48,640 nucleotides of DNA from an uncultured Pirellulales bacterium (GCA_965662325.1 CBFIHW010000003.1:1-48640); one strand, 5' to 3'. Numbered from the stretch's first letter, positions 37,085 through 47,557 are shown. Notes: a model not told the origin generated them from the sequence alone. Numbers and translations: made by a program.

Positions 37085-37717
37085 TCAGCCAAGATGATCT
37101 GTTTCATTAAAAGAAAGTAACTCCGGACCTGGCCATTTGAGCTGGGATACCGAACAATTGCCAAGTGCTGGCAAGCGAGTAAAAGGCCTTTCAGCAACTT
37201 CTGCAAGTAAAGAGTGGTCGCGTCCAACAAGAAGACCAAGTGCTGCCGTTAAAACACCTCCATGAGCCACAATGATCATGCTGTTAACAGGACGACTCGA
37301 AAGAGACTGCAAGGCATGACGTCCTCGCTCCGCAAGCTGCCGCCTTGACTCCCCCCCCGGTATCTGAAAATCAACATCACCTGAACGCCATCGCGCAACG
37401 TCGTCAGGGAAGCGATCTGCCAGATCATCCCATAGATGTCCTTGGAATAGACCTGCATTCAGCTCAACAAGTTCATCTGCAACCTGAACGGCAAGACCTA
37501 TTACTTTTCCGATCACCTCAGCCGTCTCGCGGGCTCGGCAAAGCGGACTACTCCAAAGTTCGCAGGATGTATTTGGAAACTGCTGGCTCTGGCACCATGA
37601 AGCGACTGCGTTTGCCTGCTGACGACCTGTATCAGAAAGCTTTACATCTGCTTGCCCTTGAACCCTTCCTTCGCGGTTCGACAAACTTTCGCCATGGCGA
37701 ATCAGAATCTGGTGCAT
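37085..37717 (-). CDS. Histidine phosphatase (phosphoglycerate mutase-like) family protein
   Basis: LIRHGES, SSPLCRARETA, PGGES and VAHGG. Confidence 0.92.
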   Translation of the reverse strand: MHQILIRHGESLSNREGRVQGQADVKLSDTGRQQANAVASWCQSQQFPNTSCELWSSPLCRARETAEVIGKVIGLAVQVADELVELNAGLFQGHLWDDLADRFPDDVARWRSGDVDFQIPGGESRRQLAERGRHALQSLSSRPVNSMIIVAHGGVLTAALGLLVGRDHSLLAEVAERPFTRLPALGNCSVSQLKWPGPELLSFNETDHLG

Positions 37718-37741
37718 AGGTTTTTCTTATCTACAAGGAGA

Positions 37742-39424
37742 TCACTCACTTGTAACATTTCCCTGTTCGTGCACCTTGGATAGTCGTTCAATAAAATGAG
37801 GGCTCGCGTTCTCAAGCATAAATACTTCACTGTCTGCTTGGCTTGCTCCACGAGGTCGAACAATGCATATCACCTCAGCATCCCCTCCATGTTCTCGCAC
37901 GTGATCAAGCAGAGCTTGCTCGCCTGCAGAAAGATTTTGTATCTGGTTGCCATCTTCTATGGCTTGTGACAAAAGGGGAGTCGGGTTTCGTCTTTCAGTT
38001 TGGTCGACAATCAGTGGATCAACGCCTTCGGCAGGAGACCGTGGACCACTTGACGCAGTGGGTACAGCATCTGCCCTGTCGCGACGATCAAATGAAAAAG
38101 CTGGCATCGCATCTGGCAGGTGAGGCACGGTTGACCTGTCGGCGTTTCCTGCAAGTTCATTTTCAGTGCCGGGGTAAACATGTCTGTAGACAAACGCGAG
38201 TCCAGCTTCGTCGAGATGTTCATGGATTGAAGGAAGTGCTGCAAAAAGTCCTTCGTTGTCCTCCGGGTCAGCAGCGTTGCAGACACCCAGGAGCGTTCCA
38301 TCAAGCGCGAATAAGCCACCGCCACTACGGCCCTGTACGGGCTGTCCAGCGACCTGGACATTTGCCGGGCCAAGATACTTGTCGACTGAGCTAACTCGGC
38401 TCACGTGCATAGTCGGCTCACGACCTCCGTCACAACCAATCGTGACTACGCCTTCACCAACGTCACGCGAGCGACCAACAGAGCCTATCTTGACAGGCTC
38501 CAGAATCACCTCTGTGAAAACACTCACGAGTGCAAGATCACGATCCAGATCATACGACACCATCTGCCCTGCTAAACGATCAGAAGAGGGGTCACCAAAC
38601 AAATCGACCTCAATCGTGCCCTCTCCAACAGAATCACGGAAAATATGACCACACGTAAGTATCAGTGCTTCTCCTTGTCGACAATCGATGACGGTTCCGG
38701 TTCCCCACGAGGCTCCATTCGGATCCTGTACTCGTAATCTCGCGGTGGCCTGAATCAGGCTCCGTTGAAGTGCAGATTTCGTTTCAACAGCTAATGTGGG
38801 TGGTGGTGCTAAGGCTGGTTGCTGTTTTGCACCTTGTGGATTTCGGAGTGACCGTTCAGAAGCCTGACCAACAAGCGGCTGGCTCACCGAACCTGACAGT
38901 TGTGCCGGCGGATGAACCGTAGGTGACACTGCAGACTCTGTTGCAAGATGGGTCGTAGATTTACTTACGGGGACAGGTACCCCAGGTATTTGATTGACAT
39001 CAGCAGAATCAGTTGGTGCAGCGACTTTCGGCAAGCCCAATGGCTGCCGACTTTGCGCAAGTAGCTTTTCAAGCTCATTCCGAGTGGTTGCCCCATCGAT
39101 TCGACCAACTTCATGCCCCTTTACCAACAAGATATAGCAGGGAACTCCCGTGACCTGAAACCGCTTGACGATATCGTGTTCCTGATCGACATCTACGTGA
39201 CGGACAAGCCAACCAGCTGCGCCTATCTCTCCAATAAGAGGTGCCATCTGCTGACAGGGACCACACCAGTCCGCGGAGAAATCAAGTAAGACAACATCAC
39301 CGGTTGTTGCAGCAGTTGCCGGAGCAGTTGCCGGAGCAGTTGTTTGGCCACGCCCATTACTGGGTGTCAGACAAATAAGACTGCAAACAACAGACAACAA
39401 CACAAAACGAAAGACTCGGGACAT
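37742..39424 (-). CDS. Exported thioredoxin + trypsin-like serine protease fusion
   Basis: Signal peptide, DFSADWCGPC, and protease triad LTCGH / DLALV / QGRSGGGLF. ATG 39424 is preferred because it has a GGAG Shine-Dalgarno. Confidence 0.85.
   Translation of the reverse strand: MSRVFRFVLLSVVCSLICLTPSNGRGQTTAPATAPATAATTGDVVLLDFSADWCGPCQQMAPLIGEIGAAGWLVRHVDVDQEHDIVKRFQVTGVPCYILLVKGHEVGRIDGATTRNELEKLLAQSRQPLGLPKVAAPTDSADVNQIPGVPVPVSKSTTHLATESAVSPTVHPPAQLSGSVSQPLVGQASERSLRNPQGAKQQPALAPPPTLAVETKSALQRSLIQATARLRVQDPNGASWGTGTVIDCRQGEALILTCGHIFRDSVGEGTIEVDLFGDPSSDRLAGQMVSYDLDRDLALVSVFTEVILEPVKIGSVGRSRDVGEGVVTIGCDGGREPTMHVSRVSSVDKYLGPANVQVAGQPVQGRSGGGLFALDGTLLGVCNAADPEDNEGLFAALPSIHEHLDEAGLAFVYRHVYPGTENELAGNADRSTVPHLPDAMPAFSFDRRDRADAVPTASSGPRSPAEGVDPLIVDQTERRNPTPLLSQAIEDGNQIQNLSAGEQALLDHVREHGGDAEVICIVRPRGASQADSEVFMLENASPHFIERLSKVHEQGNVTSE
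39311..39342 (-). repeat. 12-bp tandem repeat (TAPA) in the linker after the signal peptide
   Basis: Plus-strand AGCAGTTGCCGG x2 plus AGCAGTTG. Confidence 0.88.
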
Positions 39425-39497
39425 CCGTGACTCCATGAGACCCAAACTTTTTCAGGCCAGTAATTGCACTCATATTGTCTGGTGAGCACTCAGTCCG

Positions 39498-39519
39498 CCA
39501 GTGACATCCTTGTCATTGG
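39498..39519 (-). promoter_or_regulatory. Hairpin with AGGA loop, near-consensus CsrA/RsmA binding site
   Basis: Minus-strand CCAATGACA-AGGA-TGTCACTGG contains ACAAGGATGT. Confidence 0.55.
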
Positions 39520-39822
39520 AAAAACAAACCAACTCACCAAAAACCAGACGGCGAGATAGTGGCGGTGGCACGGGGCCGCAGACAAGAGCATTTTTCCGAT
39601 TACAACCGAAGTGAGGCAATTCGGGTAGGGTACGGAAATCGGGGTTCCTGTGGCCTGATACGAAAGATAGTCTCACCACGTACTGACGTACCTCGGACAA
39701 TGACTTTTCTTGAATTCAGTATTCGTTTTAGACTATCATTTCGCAGATTCGACCGACGCAGCTCACAAAGCGGCATGATATCGAACTACCAACATCCTGT
39801 GCTCTTTCGCTCATAAGGCATC

Positions 39823-41922
39823 ATGCCCAAAACCCGCCGAATCCTGATTACTTCGGCTCTTCCGTACGCCAACGGTCACATTCACCTTGGGCATCTAGTC
39901 GAATATATTCAGACAGATATCTTCGCACGATTCCAACGACTGTGTGGTAATGAAGCGATTTACCTGTGTGCTGACGACACGCATGGTACAGCCATCATGA
40001 TCAGAGCGCAGGCCGAAGGACGTACTGAACAGGAACTCATTGCTTCAATGCGAGATGCCCATCTGGCTGACTTTGCGGGCTTCCAGATTGCATTTGATCA
40101 TTATGGATCTACCGACAGTGAAGAAAATCGTTTGTTGTGTAACCACATATGGCAATCTCTTCGAAAGCAAAATTTAGTTACCCAGCGAGAGGTGAGTCAG
40201 CTCTTCGATCTCAAAGCAGGTCTATTTCTAGCTGATAGATTTGTTCAAGGTGGTTGTCCTCGATGCCAGGCTGCTAATCAATATGGTGATTCATGTGAAA
40301 CCTGCGGCGCAACATACTCGCCCGCCGAACTCACAAACCCTATCAGTACACTCTCTGGCACAACACCCGAGATACGAAAAGCAGAGCACCTCTTTGTCAC
40401 GCTGGAAAGCTTTCGGTCTTTCCTCACGAAATGGACACAAGAATCTGAAGCCCTTGATCCAAAAATCTCAAATTATCTTGCAGGACATTTTCTCAACGAG
40501 CCTCTCCGTGACTGGGACATCTCCCGTCCGTCTCCATATTTTGGTTTTGAAATCCCTGATGCACCTGGCCATTATTGGTATGTCTGGTTTGATGCACCCA
40601 TTGGCTATATCGCAACCACCGAACAGTGGGCGAAAAAACACGGAGGGTCATTTGCTGACTGGTGGTGCTCTGGGGATATAAACCAGCCCAATGCAGAAAT
40701 TCATCACTTCATTGGAAAAGACATCACCTACTTCCACACACTCTTCTGGCCAGCAATGCTTGAAATTGCAAACATGAACCTACCTACAAAGGTACGCGTT
40801 CATGGTTTTCTAACTGTAAACGGTCAGAAAATGTCGAAGAGTCGTGGTACATTCCTCTTGGCCCGCACATATCTTGACCACTTGAATCCAGCAGCTCTGC
40901 GGTACTACTACGCAACAAAACTTTCGGGTGGCATTGATGATATTGATCTCAATCTTGAAGAATTTACCACGAAGGTAAACACCGACTTAATCGGAAAGCT
41001 TGTGAACCTTGCAAGCCGCACAGCCCGTTGGCTTAGAAAAACGGGGCTCTCTGCTACGTATCCAGACGATGGTGGTCTTTTTGCCAAAGCAGCCGCTGAT
41101 GGTGAAGCAATAGCTGCTGCCTATGAATCATGTGACTTCGCACGAGCAATGCGCATCATCATGCAGGCAGCAGATCGAGCGAACCAGTATGTCGATACTG
41201 AACAACCTTGGAAACTGGCCAAACAAGGCCCCCAGGAGCAACAAAGATTACAGGATGTTGCCAGTGTCTCGCTCAATCTATTCCGTCAATTAGTTGTTTA
41301 CCTGACCCCTGTTCTTCCAAAATTAGCAGACGATGTTGCTGAACTTGTTGGTGGCCGCATAACAGATTGGCAGCAATCACAAACTCCGCTGGAAAATCTA
41401 CCTGTTGCTACCTTTCGACCATTGATGCAACGAATTGAATCCTCACAAACTGATGCGCTTCTTGCTGCCTCAAACTCCTTACCATCCACCCCACAAGGAT
41501 CTACTGTGTCCGAAACATCGCCTATCAAATCAGAACCGGGTACTCCTGCTCAAGATTCTGTGGAACCACTTGAGTCAGATGCACTCGCAGAAACATGTAC
41601 TATCGATGATTTTTCCAAAGTAGACTTACGAGTTGCACGAGTCATCGATGCTGAAGAAGTCCCTGAAGCTCGTAAACTGTTAAAGCTTACAGTGTCACTA
41701 GGTGGCGATGACCGTCGTACAATTTTTGCTGGCATCAAAAAGTTTCATCGACCTGAAGATCTTCATGGACGACTTGTCGTCATAGTTGCCAACCTTGCTC
41801 CTCGGCAAATGAAATTTGGTCTCAGCGAAGGCATGGTCGTCGCTGCAAGTGGAGCGGGAGCCGATGGTGTCTACCTTCTTTCGCCAGATAGTGGAGCGTT
41901 GCCCGGCATGCGTCTTGGATAA
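39823..41922 (+). CDS. metG: Methionine--tRNA ligase with C-terminal tRNA-binding domain
   Basis: [26 protein letters not shown] knuckle, [15 protein letters not shown] and C-terminal [15 protein letters not shown]. Confidence 0.98.
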   Translation: MPKTRRILITSALPYANGHIHLGHLVEYIQTDIFARFQRLCGNEAIYLCADDTHGTAIMIRAQAEGRTEQELIASMRDAHLADFAGFQIAFDHYGSTDSEENRLLCNHIWQSLRKQNLVTQREVSQLFDLKAGLFLADRFVQGGCPRCQAANQYGDSCETCGATYSPAELTNPISTLSGTTPEIRKAEHLFVTLESFRSFLTKWTQESEALDPKISNYLAGHFLNEPLRDWDISRPSPYFGFEIPDAPGHYWYVWFDAPIGYIATTEQWAKKHGGSFADWWCSGDINQPNAEIHHFIGKDITYFHTLFWPAMLEIANMNLPTKVRVHGFLTVNGQKMSKSRGTFLLARTYLDHLNPAALRYYYATKLSGGIDDIDLNLEEFTTKVNTDLIGKLVNLASRTARWLRKTGLSATYPDDGGLFAKAAADGEAIAAAYESCDFARAMRIIMQAADRANQYVDTEQPWKLAKQGPQEQQRLQDVASVSLNLFRQLVVYLTPVLPKLADDVAELVGGRITDWQQSQTPLENLPVATFRPLMQRIESSQTDALLAASNSLPSTPQGSTVSETSPIKSEPGTPAQDSVEPLESDALAETCTIDDFSKVDLRVARVIDAEEVPEARKLLKLTVSLGGDDRRTIFAGIKKFHRPEDLHGRLVVIVANLAPRQMKFGLSEGMVVAASGAGADGVYLLSPDSGALPGMRLG

Positions 41923-42107
41923 CTCCACAGTCACGAGACATCAATCTGTCGTGAAAAATAATTAGTCCATCAAATTCCGTGGGCTTAGAAAGCTTGCCTC
42001 CTTGAAAATGAACTGATGAAGAACTTCCTCTTTTCGTATGTCAAAGGATATTATGGGTATGAGGGGGTTCTACAAGCAGACTTATTCATTACCAACTGAG
42101 GTGAGTC

Positions 42108-42551
42108 ATGAGTGTGAAAAAAATTCTCTTCCCGACGGACTTTTCAACTGCTAGCGATGCAGCACTTGTCCACGCCGAAAATCTGGCCAAGCAGTCTTCA
42201 GCAGACCTTATCGTTCTCCACATTGAAGAGCCACCACTTGCCTATGGTGGTGGTGAACTCTACTACGGGCTTCCCGAGCCAAGTTCCGAACGGATACTTG
42301 AAATGCTTCAGGATGTATGCCCATCTGACCCTGAACTGACTTTTGAACATCGCCTTGTTATGGGAGATCCAGCGACAGAGATCGTTCGGGTTGCCGAAGA
42401 AGAAGCAGCAGAACTCATCGTACTCGGAACACACGGCCGAACAGGACTCAGTCGAATTTTAATGGGCAGTGTTGCCGAAGCCGTCGTACGGCATGCACCT
42501 TGTCCTGTACTGATCTATCGCCAAGATGCTGATAAACTCTCAATGAAGTAG
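42108..42551 (+). CDS. Universal stress protein (UspA family)
   Basis: KKILFPTDFS and LIVLGTHGRTGLSRILMGSVAEAVVRHAPCPVL. Confidence 0.95.
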   Translation: MSVKKILFPTDFSTASDAALVHAENLAKQSSADLIVLHIEEPPLAYGGGELYYGLPEPSSERILEMLQDVCPSDPELTFEHRLVMGDPATEIVRVAEEEAAELIVLGTHGRTGLSRILMGSVAEAVVRHAPCPVLIYRQDADKLSMK

Positions 42552-42596
42552 TTCATTTTCCGAGCAGTATCACTCATCACAACCTGCAGCTTCTTC

Positions 42597-43541
42597 ATGC
42601 CTGTTCGCCAACTTCTTCAACGCCACGCTACGGTTCGTTCTCTGATTCGTCATCGCCTCGAGAGCCGAGGTTTCCTTGAAGTTTGCACACCTATTGTCTC
42701 GAGTGAAATACTGCCGGAAGTCTCCATTGACCCTTACATAGTTATGCACGGGAATGAAAAGAAATTTCTGCAGACTAGTCCAGAACCTCATATGAAGCGA
42801 TTGCTTGCAGAAGATTCAGGATCAATTTTTCAGTTTGCACATTGCTTTCGTAGTGAAGAGCGAGGTCCGCATCATGATACTGAATTCACCATGCTCGAAT
42901 GGTATGAGCCTGGTGCAGACCTGACTTCAACTGCTGAATTAATCACACTTCTCTTACATGATTCACTCAACACCAACGGACTACAGCGACTACCATGCAG
43001 GGAAGCATTCATTCAGCATGCCGACATCGACCCGATGACGGCTAGTGTCAGTGCCTTATTAAACGCATCTACTTTTCATGATGTTGGAATTCCAGACAGT
43101 ATTTCTAATCTTCCGGAAGACCAGCAGTGGAGCCTTGCTTTTGAACTCTTACTTTCCGAGGTGGTGTCTCCTCGGCTTGGAATTTCTCAACCAACTATGC
43201 TTGAATCCTGGCCTGCGAGTGAGTGCGCATTTGCAAAATTAGACCCACTAAACAAAGAGCTCTCGCTTCGATTTGAAGTTTTCGTTGCTGGCATTGAACT
43301 TATGAATGGGTGGCAGGAAGAGACATGCTCTTCAACTATTCGAAACCGGCTCGAAACGACAAACATAATCCGGAGGTCATTCGAGAAACACGAGCTACCT
43401 CTCCCAAATAGATTACTGACCGTGCACGATAACATGCCAGAAGGTGTCGGGGTTGCCCTCGGATTCGATCGTCTCATCATGTTGGCGTCTAGCGCGGACT
43501 CAATTGATGCCATCCGTCACTTTAATTCAGGCAATTCCTGA
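42597..43541 (+). CDS. epmA: EF-P lysine aminoacylase (EpmA/GenX/PoxA)
   Basis: GFLEVCTP, LQTSPEPHMKRLLA, FRSEERGPHHDTEFTMLEWY and GVALGFDRL. No anticodon-binding domain. Confidence 0.88.
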   Translation: MPVRQLLQRHATVRSLIRHRLESRGFLEVCTPIVSSEILPEVSIDPYIVMHGNEKKFLQTSPEPHMKRLLAEDSGSIFQFAHCFRSEERGPHHDTEFTMLEWYEPGADLTSTAELITLLLHDSLNTNGLQRLPCREAFIQHADIDPMTASVSALLNASTFHDVGIPDSISNLPEDQQWSLAFELLLSEVVSPRLGISQPTMLESWPASECAFAKLDPLNKELSLRFEVFVAGIELMNGWQEETCSSTIRNRLETTNIIRRSFEKHELPLPNRLLTVHDNMPEGVGVALGFDRLIMLASSADSIDAIRHFNSGNS

Positions 43542-43576
43542 CTTTATGCGGCAATCATGCCTGCCTATGAAAGAAT

Positions 43577-44311
43577 CTACTCTGACGGATCAACCCTGAT
43601 GATCTGCCAAATTTCAACGTTCTGAAATCCAGCAGCATCTTCACCCACGTCGGGTTCCTCTTGAGTTTTTCGATTCAACCAGAGCTCAACCACGAGCGGC
43701 AAGACCTCTTCTGAATGGTGCTCACATTCGTTGACGTCTACAGTCACATGTAACGACTCTCGGTACTGCTGATCGCCACGAACTATATCGGAAACTATAA
43801 CTTTGTTGCATGCTGCAAGCGACTGAACAGCAGGCAATTCCTGCAAAGCCTTGATCTCAGATGACTTCCTGCTTTCTGCATGATCGTGCCCATCGTGATC
43901 CAGACCATCAAAATCTACTTCTTCTAGCGGGAGAAGTCCTGGTGCACAAAATCCATGCACGACGTCCCACTCTCCTGCACGAATCGCCTCGTGCCATTGC
44001 AGGACCGTTTCACGAGCACGACTATGGTCAATCCATGCATTTACTGAATAGGTACTAAAGGACTGTGCCCCGAACCCAACAGATAAAGCTAAGCCAATCA
44101 GAGCAATGCCCCGACCGACTTTATACGAACTCCCAACCGAAGTATCCCTGATCGCTGCAATTGAAAGCCCACCTGCAAGTATTGGAATCACCCATAACAC
44201 TTGGCTTATCAATGCCAAAACTGAGCAACACCCCGCAACAAGAGCAAGTACTGCAAGCGTACTTATTGGACGATATTCATCGGCATTACCCTCGGCTTCA
44301 CCAACACTCAC
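43577..44311 (-). CDS. Membrane protein with DUF4190-like N-terminal TM region
   Basis: YRPISTLAVLALVAG...SIAAIRD...GRGIALIGLALS followed by a soluble acidic domain with a DHDGHDH patch. Confidence 0.65.
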   Translation of the reverse strand: MSVGEAEGNADEYRPISTLAVLALVAGCCSVLALISQVLWVIPILAGGLSIAAIRDTSVGSSYKVGRGIALIGLALSVGFGAQSFSTYSVNAWIDHSRARETVLQWHEAIRAGEWDVVHGFCAPGLLPLEEVDFDGLDHDGHDHAESRKSSEIKALQELPAVQSLAACNKVIVSDIVRGDQQYRESLHVTVDVNECEHHSEEVLPLVVELWLNRKTQEEPDVGEDAAGFQNVEIWQIIRVDPSE

Positions 44312-44335
44312 AACTCATGCCCTCACTGGCTTCGA

Positions 44336-46219
44336 TCAAACTTTTGAATTCGGTCTTCGTGACTTCGATTTCTTTTTAGCTGCAAAAATTCGTTGCATCT
44401 CTTCCAGTGACGTAACACCGTTAAGTACTAAGTCCATTCCCTGATCTCGAGCAGGTAGATAACCGTCTTTACTAGCTGCTTTTTTTAACGTCGCAGCATC
44501 GACCCCCTTCGCAAGTCCTTTACGAAGAGTTACGCCTGAAGCTAACTCAAATGCACCAATTCTTCCAACGTACCCGCGCCCAAAACAGATGCGACAGCCG
44601 CCGTGCTCTGAGACTGTACGAATGTGGGGCACGTCTTCTGCTGACTTTCCAAATTTTTCAAGAAGTGGAAGAGGTGTCTCCTGATGAGTAGCACACTTGG
44701 GACATAACTTACGAACTAACTTTTGAGAGACCGATCCAACAAGGCATTTAGCGAGATCGCCAGACGAAATACCAAGATCAATAATCTTGGATATCGCATC
44801 AATGCTGTCTTCAGCCAGAACACTTACGATGACCATCTTGTCTTCAATTGCTCTCTTAATCAGTTCATCCGCAAAGGCTGAATCTCGTAAATTACGAGTA
44901 ATGAATCCACTCGGATATGAGAGCATGGCCCTCTTGATTGCCTGATTTGGTCCGTCACCTGATTCTGCATCATATTTCTGTATTTTCACGTTTTGTATTT
45001 CTTCATTACTTTCGTTTTTCTCCTCGATGGAAACAAAGTCTCGCATCAGCCGATCTCCGGCTGTTACCGTCATGTCAAGAAGGGCAGAGAGACCATTGCC
45101 CTTGGATGCTGAAACAATGATCAGGCCATGTTTTTTATTCACTAACTCCTGAAGTGAATCAAGCATTTCTGAAGGCATGCCCAGATCACCCGCTGTCTTA
45201 AATTTCTTTGGCGGCTCCCCCAAATCAACAGTGAACTGCTCATGTCCTTTGATGACTTTGGTGCTAAGACGACATGTTCTCTTTTTCCCATCTACTGTGA
45301 CGTCAAATTCGCCCACCTGTGGACGACCTCGCTTCTTTGGAGAAAGGCCAGCAAGTCTCATAAGTGCGACCAGCACCTTTTCACCGGTCACCGCATCCAG
45401 CGGTGGTGCATCAACCCAGATTTCAGGATCATTCTTTCGAAGTTTCCTGCCATGCAACACGTGTTCTCGAATACGTGCTGACACCTTTGTGCCATCAATA
45501 TCATGGCGGACATGAAGTCCTCCCTGAGCTAGATCAAGTAACACAACAGGTGCACGCGCAGCAAACGCCCCAGCCAACAATCGAACTAACTCAGCAAACT
45601 CTGAATTTTCTGACAGTTTTTCAACGAGAAGCGTGTTTTCTTCTGGCACTTCACGACAGGTAGCAATGAGTACAACGTCTGGTGGTGCTGCCTCAACTTC
45701 TCCTGTATCGTTGAGCACTCGTGATCGAGCGACAACATAAAGAACGACGGGTACCAGCCAGACTGCAGAAAGGCCACCTAACGCACCGTAGACACCGCCA
45801 CTTTCAAGAAACGCATACTCGGTCCAATTCAGCCCAACAGATACTGCAAGTGCTACTGCTCCAAGCGCATAAGGAGCCACAACTATGCGTGTCCATTTTT
45901 TACTGCCGACCCCATACCGAAGACTATCTTTTTTTACCCAGGTGCTTGTCAGACCAAAAAATATCGTGAGTACGACCAGAATTCCGCCACCTATTCCAAC
46001 AGTAGTCGTGTCTAACTTTTTTTCAGCATCCGAGGATGAATTTTCATCGGGCTTCTCCTCATTGGGCTTCTCTCCTTCTTTTTCGGCACCTGCAGCAGGC
46101 TTGTTTTCCTTCTGAGCCATTACAGGCATTGACAGTGCAGTGGAGAAAAATCCGCAGAGAAAAACAACTATTAACCAATCAGCTGATACATGCTTCAGCA
46201 TGTTTTTTTCTCTGTTCAT
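44336..46219 (-). CDS. Membrane-anchored GspE/PilB-like protein with degenerate ATPase motifs
   Basis: VRHDIDG, LMRLAGL, PQVGEF, SQKLVRKLCPKC, GCRICFGRGYVGRIGAFE and GVTSLEEMQRI match PilB/GspE. Walker A and B are degenerate. N-terminal signal plus three TM segments. Confidence 0.85.
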   Translation of the reverse strand: MNREKNMLKHVSADWLIVVFLCGFFSTALSMPVMAQKENKPAAGAEKEGEKPNEEKPDENSSSDAEKKLDTTTVGIGGGILVVLTIFFGLTSTWVKKDSLRYGVGSKKWTRIVVAPYALGAVALAVSVGLNWTEYAFLESGGVYGALGGLSAVWLVPVVLYVVARSRVLNDTGEVEAAPPDVVLIATCREVPEENTLLVEKLSENSEFAELVRLLAGAFAARAPVVLLDLAQGGLHVRHDIDGTKVSARIREHVLHGRKLRKNDPEIWVDAPPLDAVTGEKVLVALMRLAGLSPKKRGRPQVGEFDVTVDGKKRTCRLSTKVIKGHEQFTVDLGEPPKKFKTAGDLGMPSEMLDSLQELVNKKHGLIIVSASKGNGLSALLDMTVTAGDRLMRDFVSIEEKNESNEEIQNVKIQKYDAESGDGPNQAIKRAMLSYPSGFITRNLRDSAFADELIKRAIEDKMVIVSVLAEDSIDAISKIIDLGISSGDLAKCLVGSVSQKLVRKLCPKCATHQETPLPLLEKFGKSAEDVPHIRTVSEHGGCRICFGRGYVGRIGAFELASGVTLRKGLAKGVDAATLKKAASKDGYLPARDQGMDLVLNGVTSLEEMQRIFAAKKKSKSRRPNSKV

Positions 46220-46275
46220 ACCAACGAACCAGCCTTTCGGGATTTACAAAAATAAGTGCGATCGAAATCGAATGG

Positions 46276-47439
46276 TTAACCGATCCCTTTAAGCTTCATT
46301 AGTAATTCTTCGCGATTTGGTGCGATATCTAGAGCTGCCTGACGGTCAATAAGTTCTTGGTCAATAAGACTTTTAAGACTTGATGTGAAATTCTGCATAC
46401 CATCTCTCTCTGATTTTTTAATATGGTCTGCTAGCATCTGTTCCTGCTCTTCCAAAATGTACTTCCGAACAAGAACATCAAAAAACATAATTTCGACGGT
46501 AGGCACCCGCGAAACACCCTCTTTGATGGACTTAAGAAGCTTTTGTGCAACGATTCCTTTCATATTGAAAGCCATAGCACTTCGGATAGCCGCATGCTCT
46601 TCCTGAGGGAAGAGGTCAAGGATACGAGTAATCGTACTTGGGGCATTAGAAGCGTGGATGGTGCCGTAAACAAGATGGCCTGTTTCAGCAGCATGGATTG
46701 CAGTCTTAAACGTATCCGTATCTCGCAACTCACCAACAAGAATGATATCTGGGTCTTCTCGGACCGCGTGCTTCATGCCGATCTCAAAATTTTTGACATC
46801 CGTACCAACTTCCCGCTGATTGATCAGACACTTGTCTTCAGTAAAGACAAATTCAACAGGATCTTCGAGTGTGAGGATGTGTTTCCGATAGTTCCTATTG
46901 ATGTAGTTCAGCATCGAACCAATTGTGGTACTTTTCCCAGACCCAGTCACACCAGCAAGTAACACCATCCCTTGATCGAGTGTACATAGTCGCTCGATCG
47001 AACTTGGAAGATACAGCTTTTCAAAATTAGGAATCGTATTATTGACTTTGCGAGCAACCATACCGAGTGAACCTTGCTGGTAAAGCAAATTCACTCGAAA
47101 ACGCCATTTTGTATCACCAACACGTGCTGTATATGCATAGTCAGCCCCCCCTTCGTCTTCAAGAATCTTCATCTGACGATCATCAAGCATCGGAAGGCAA
47201 AGCTCCTTCATCTTCTCTTGACTAATTGGTGGTGCCTTGAGTGGTTGAAGAGCACCCTTAACCCGCATGTATGGGGGCTGGTCAACTTTCAAATGAAGAT
47301 CCGAACCATCGAGTTTCACAAGAGCTTCAAAATATTTATCTACTTCCAACTTGTCATCTTTTTTTGACACAGGAGCTACTGTTGTGGCTTCCTTTGAAGC
47401 AGAAGCTGTATTTAATTCTGACGTGGTATCAAGTGTCAT
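46276..47439 (-). CDS. pilT: PilT/PilU-family type IV pilus ATPase
   Basis: GSDLHL, RFRVN, GVTGSGKSTT, TLEDPVEF, INQREVG, REDPDIILVGELRD, AETGHLVYGTIH and GMQ. Confidence 0.93.
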   Translation of the reverse strand: MTLDTTSELNTASASKEATTVAPVSKKDDKLEVDKYFEALVKLDGSDLHLKVDQPPYMRVKGALQPLKAPPISQEKMKELCLPMLDDRQMKILEDEGGADYAYTARVGDTKWRFRVNLLYQQGSLGMVARKVNNTIPNFEKLYLPSSIERLCTLDQGMVLLAGVTGSGKSTTIGSMLNYINRNYRKHILTLEDPVEFVFTEDKCLINQREVGTDVKNFEIGMKHAVREDPDIILVGELRDTDTFKTAIHAAETGHLVYGTIHASNAPSTITRILDLFPQEEHAAIRSAMAFNMKGIVAQKLLKSIKEGVSRVPTVEIMFFDVLVRKYILEEQEQMLADHIKKSERDGMQNFTSSLKSLIDQELIDRQAALDIAPNREELLMKLKGIG

Positions 47440-47557
47440 TCTCGCCCCTCCTGTTGGATGGTCTCTTCGACTAGTGAAGGCCTTTCAAAGAACCTCACAA
47501 TAAACAACTGCGGCTTTTCGACCAAATAGTGACCAAATCTGACGTACTGCTGGACTT

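Noticed and set aside
41931-41960. Hairpin after metG as an intrinsic terminator
   Set aside because: The stem is imperfect and is followed by an A-run rather than a U-tract on the coding strand.
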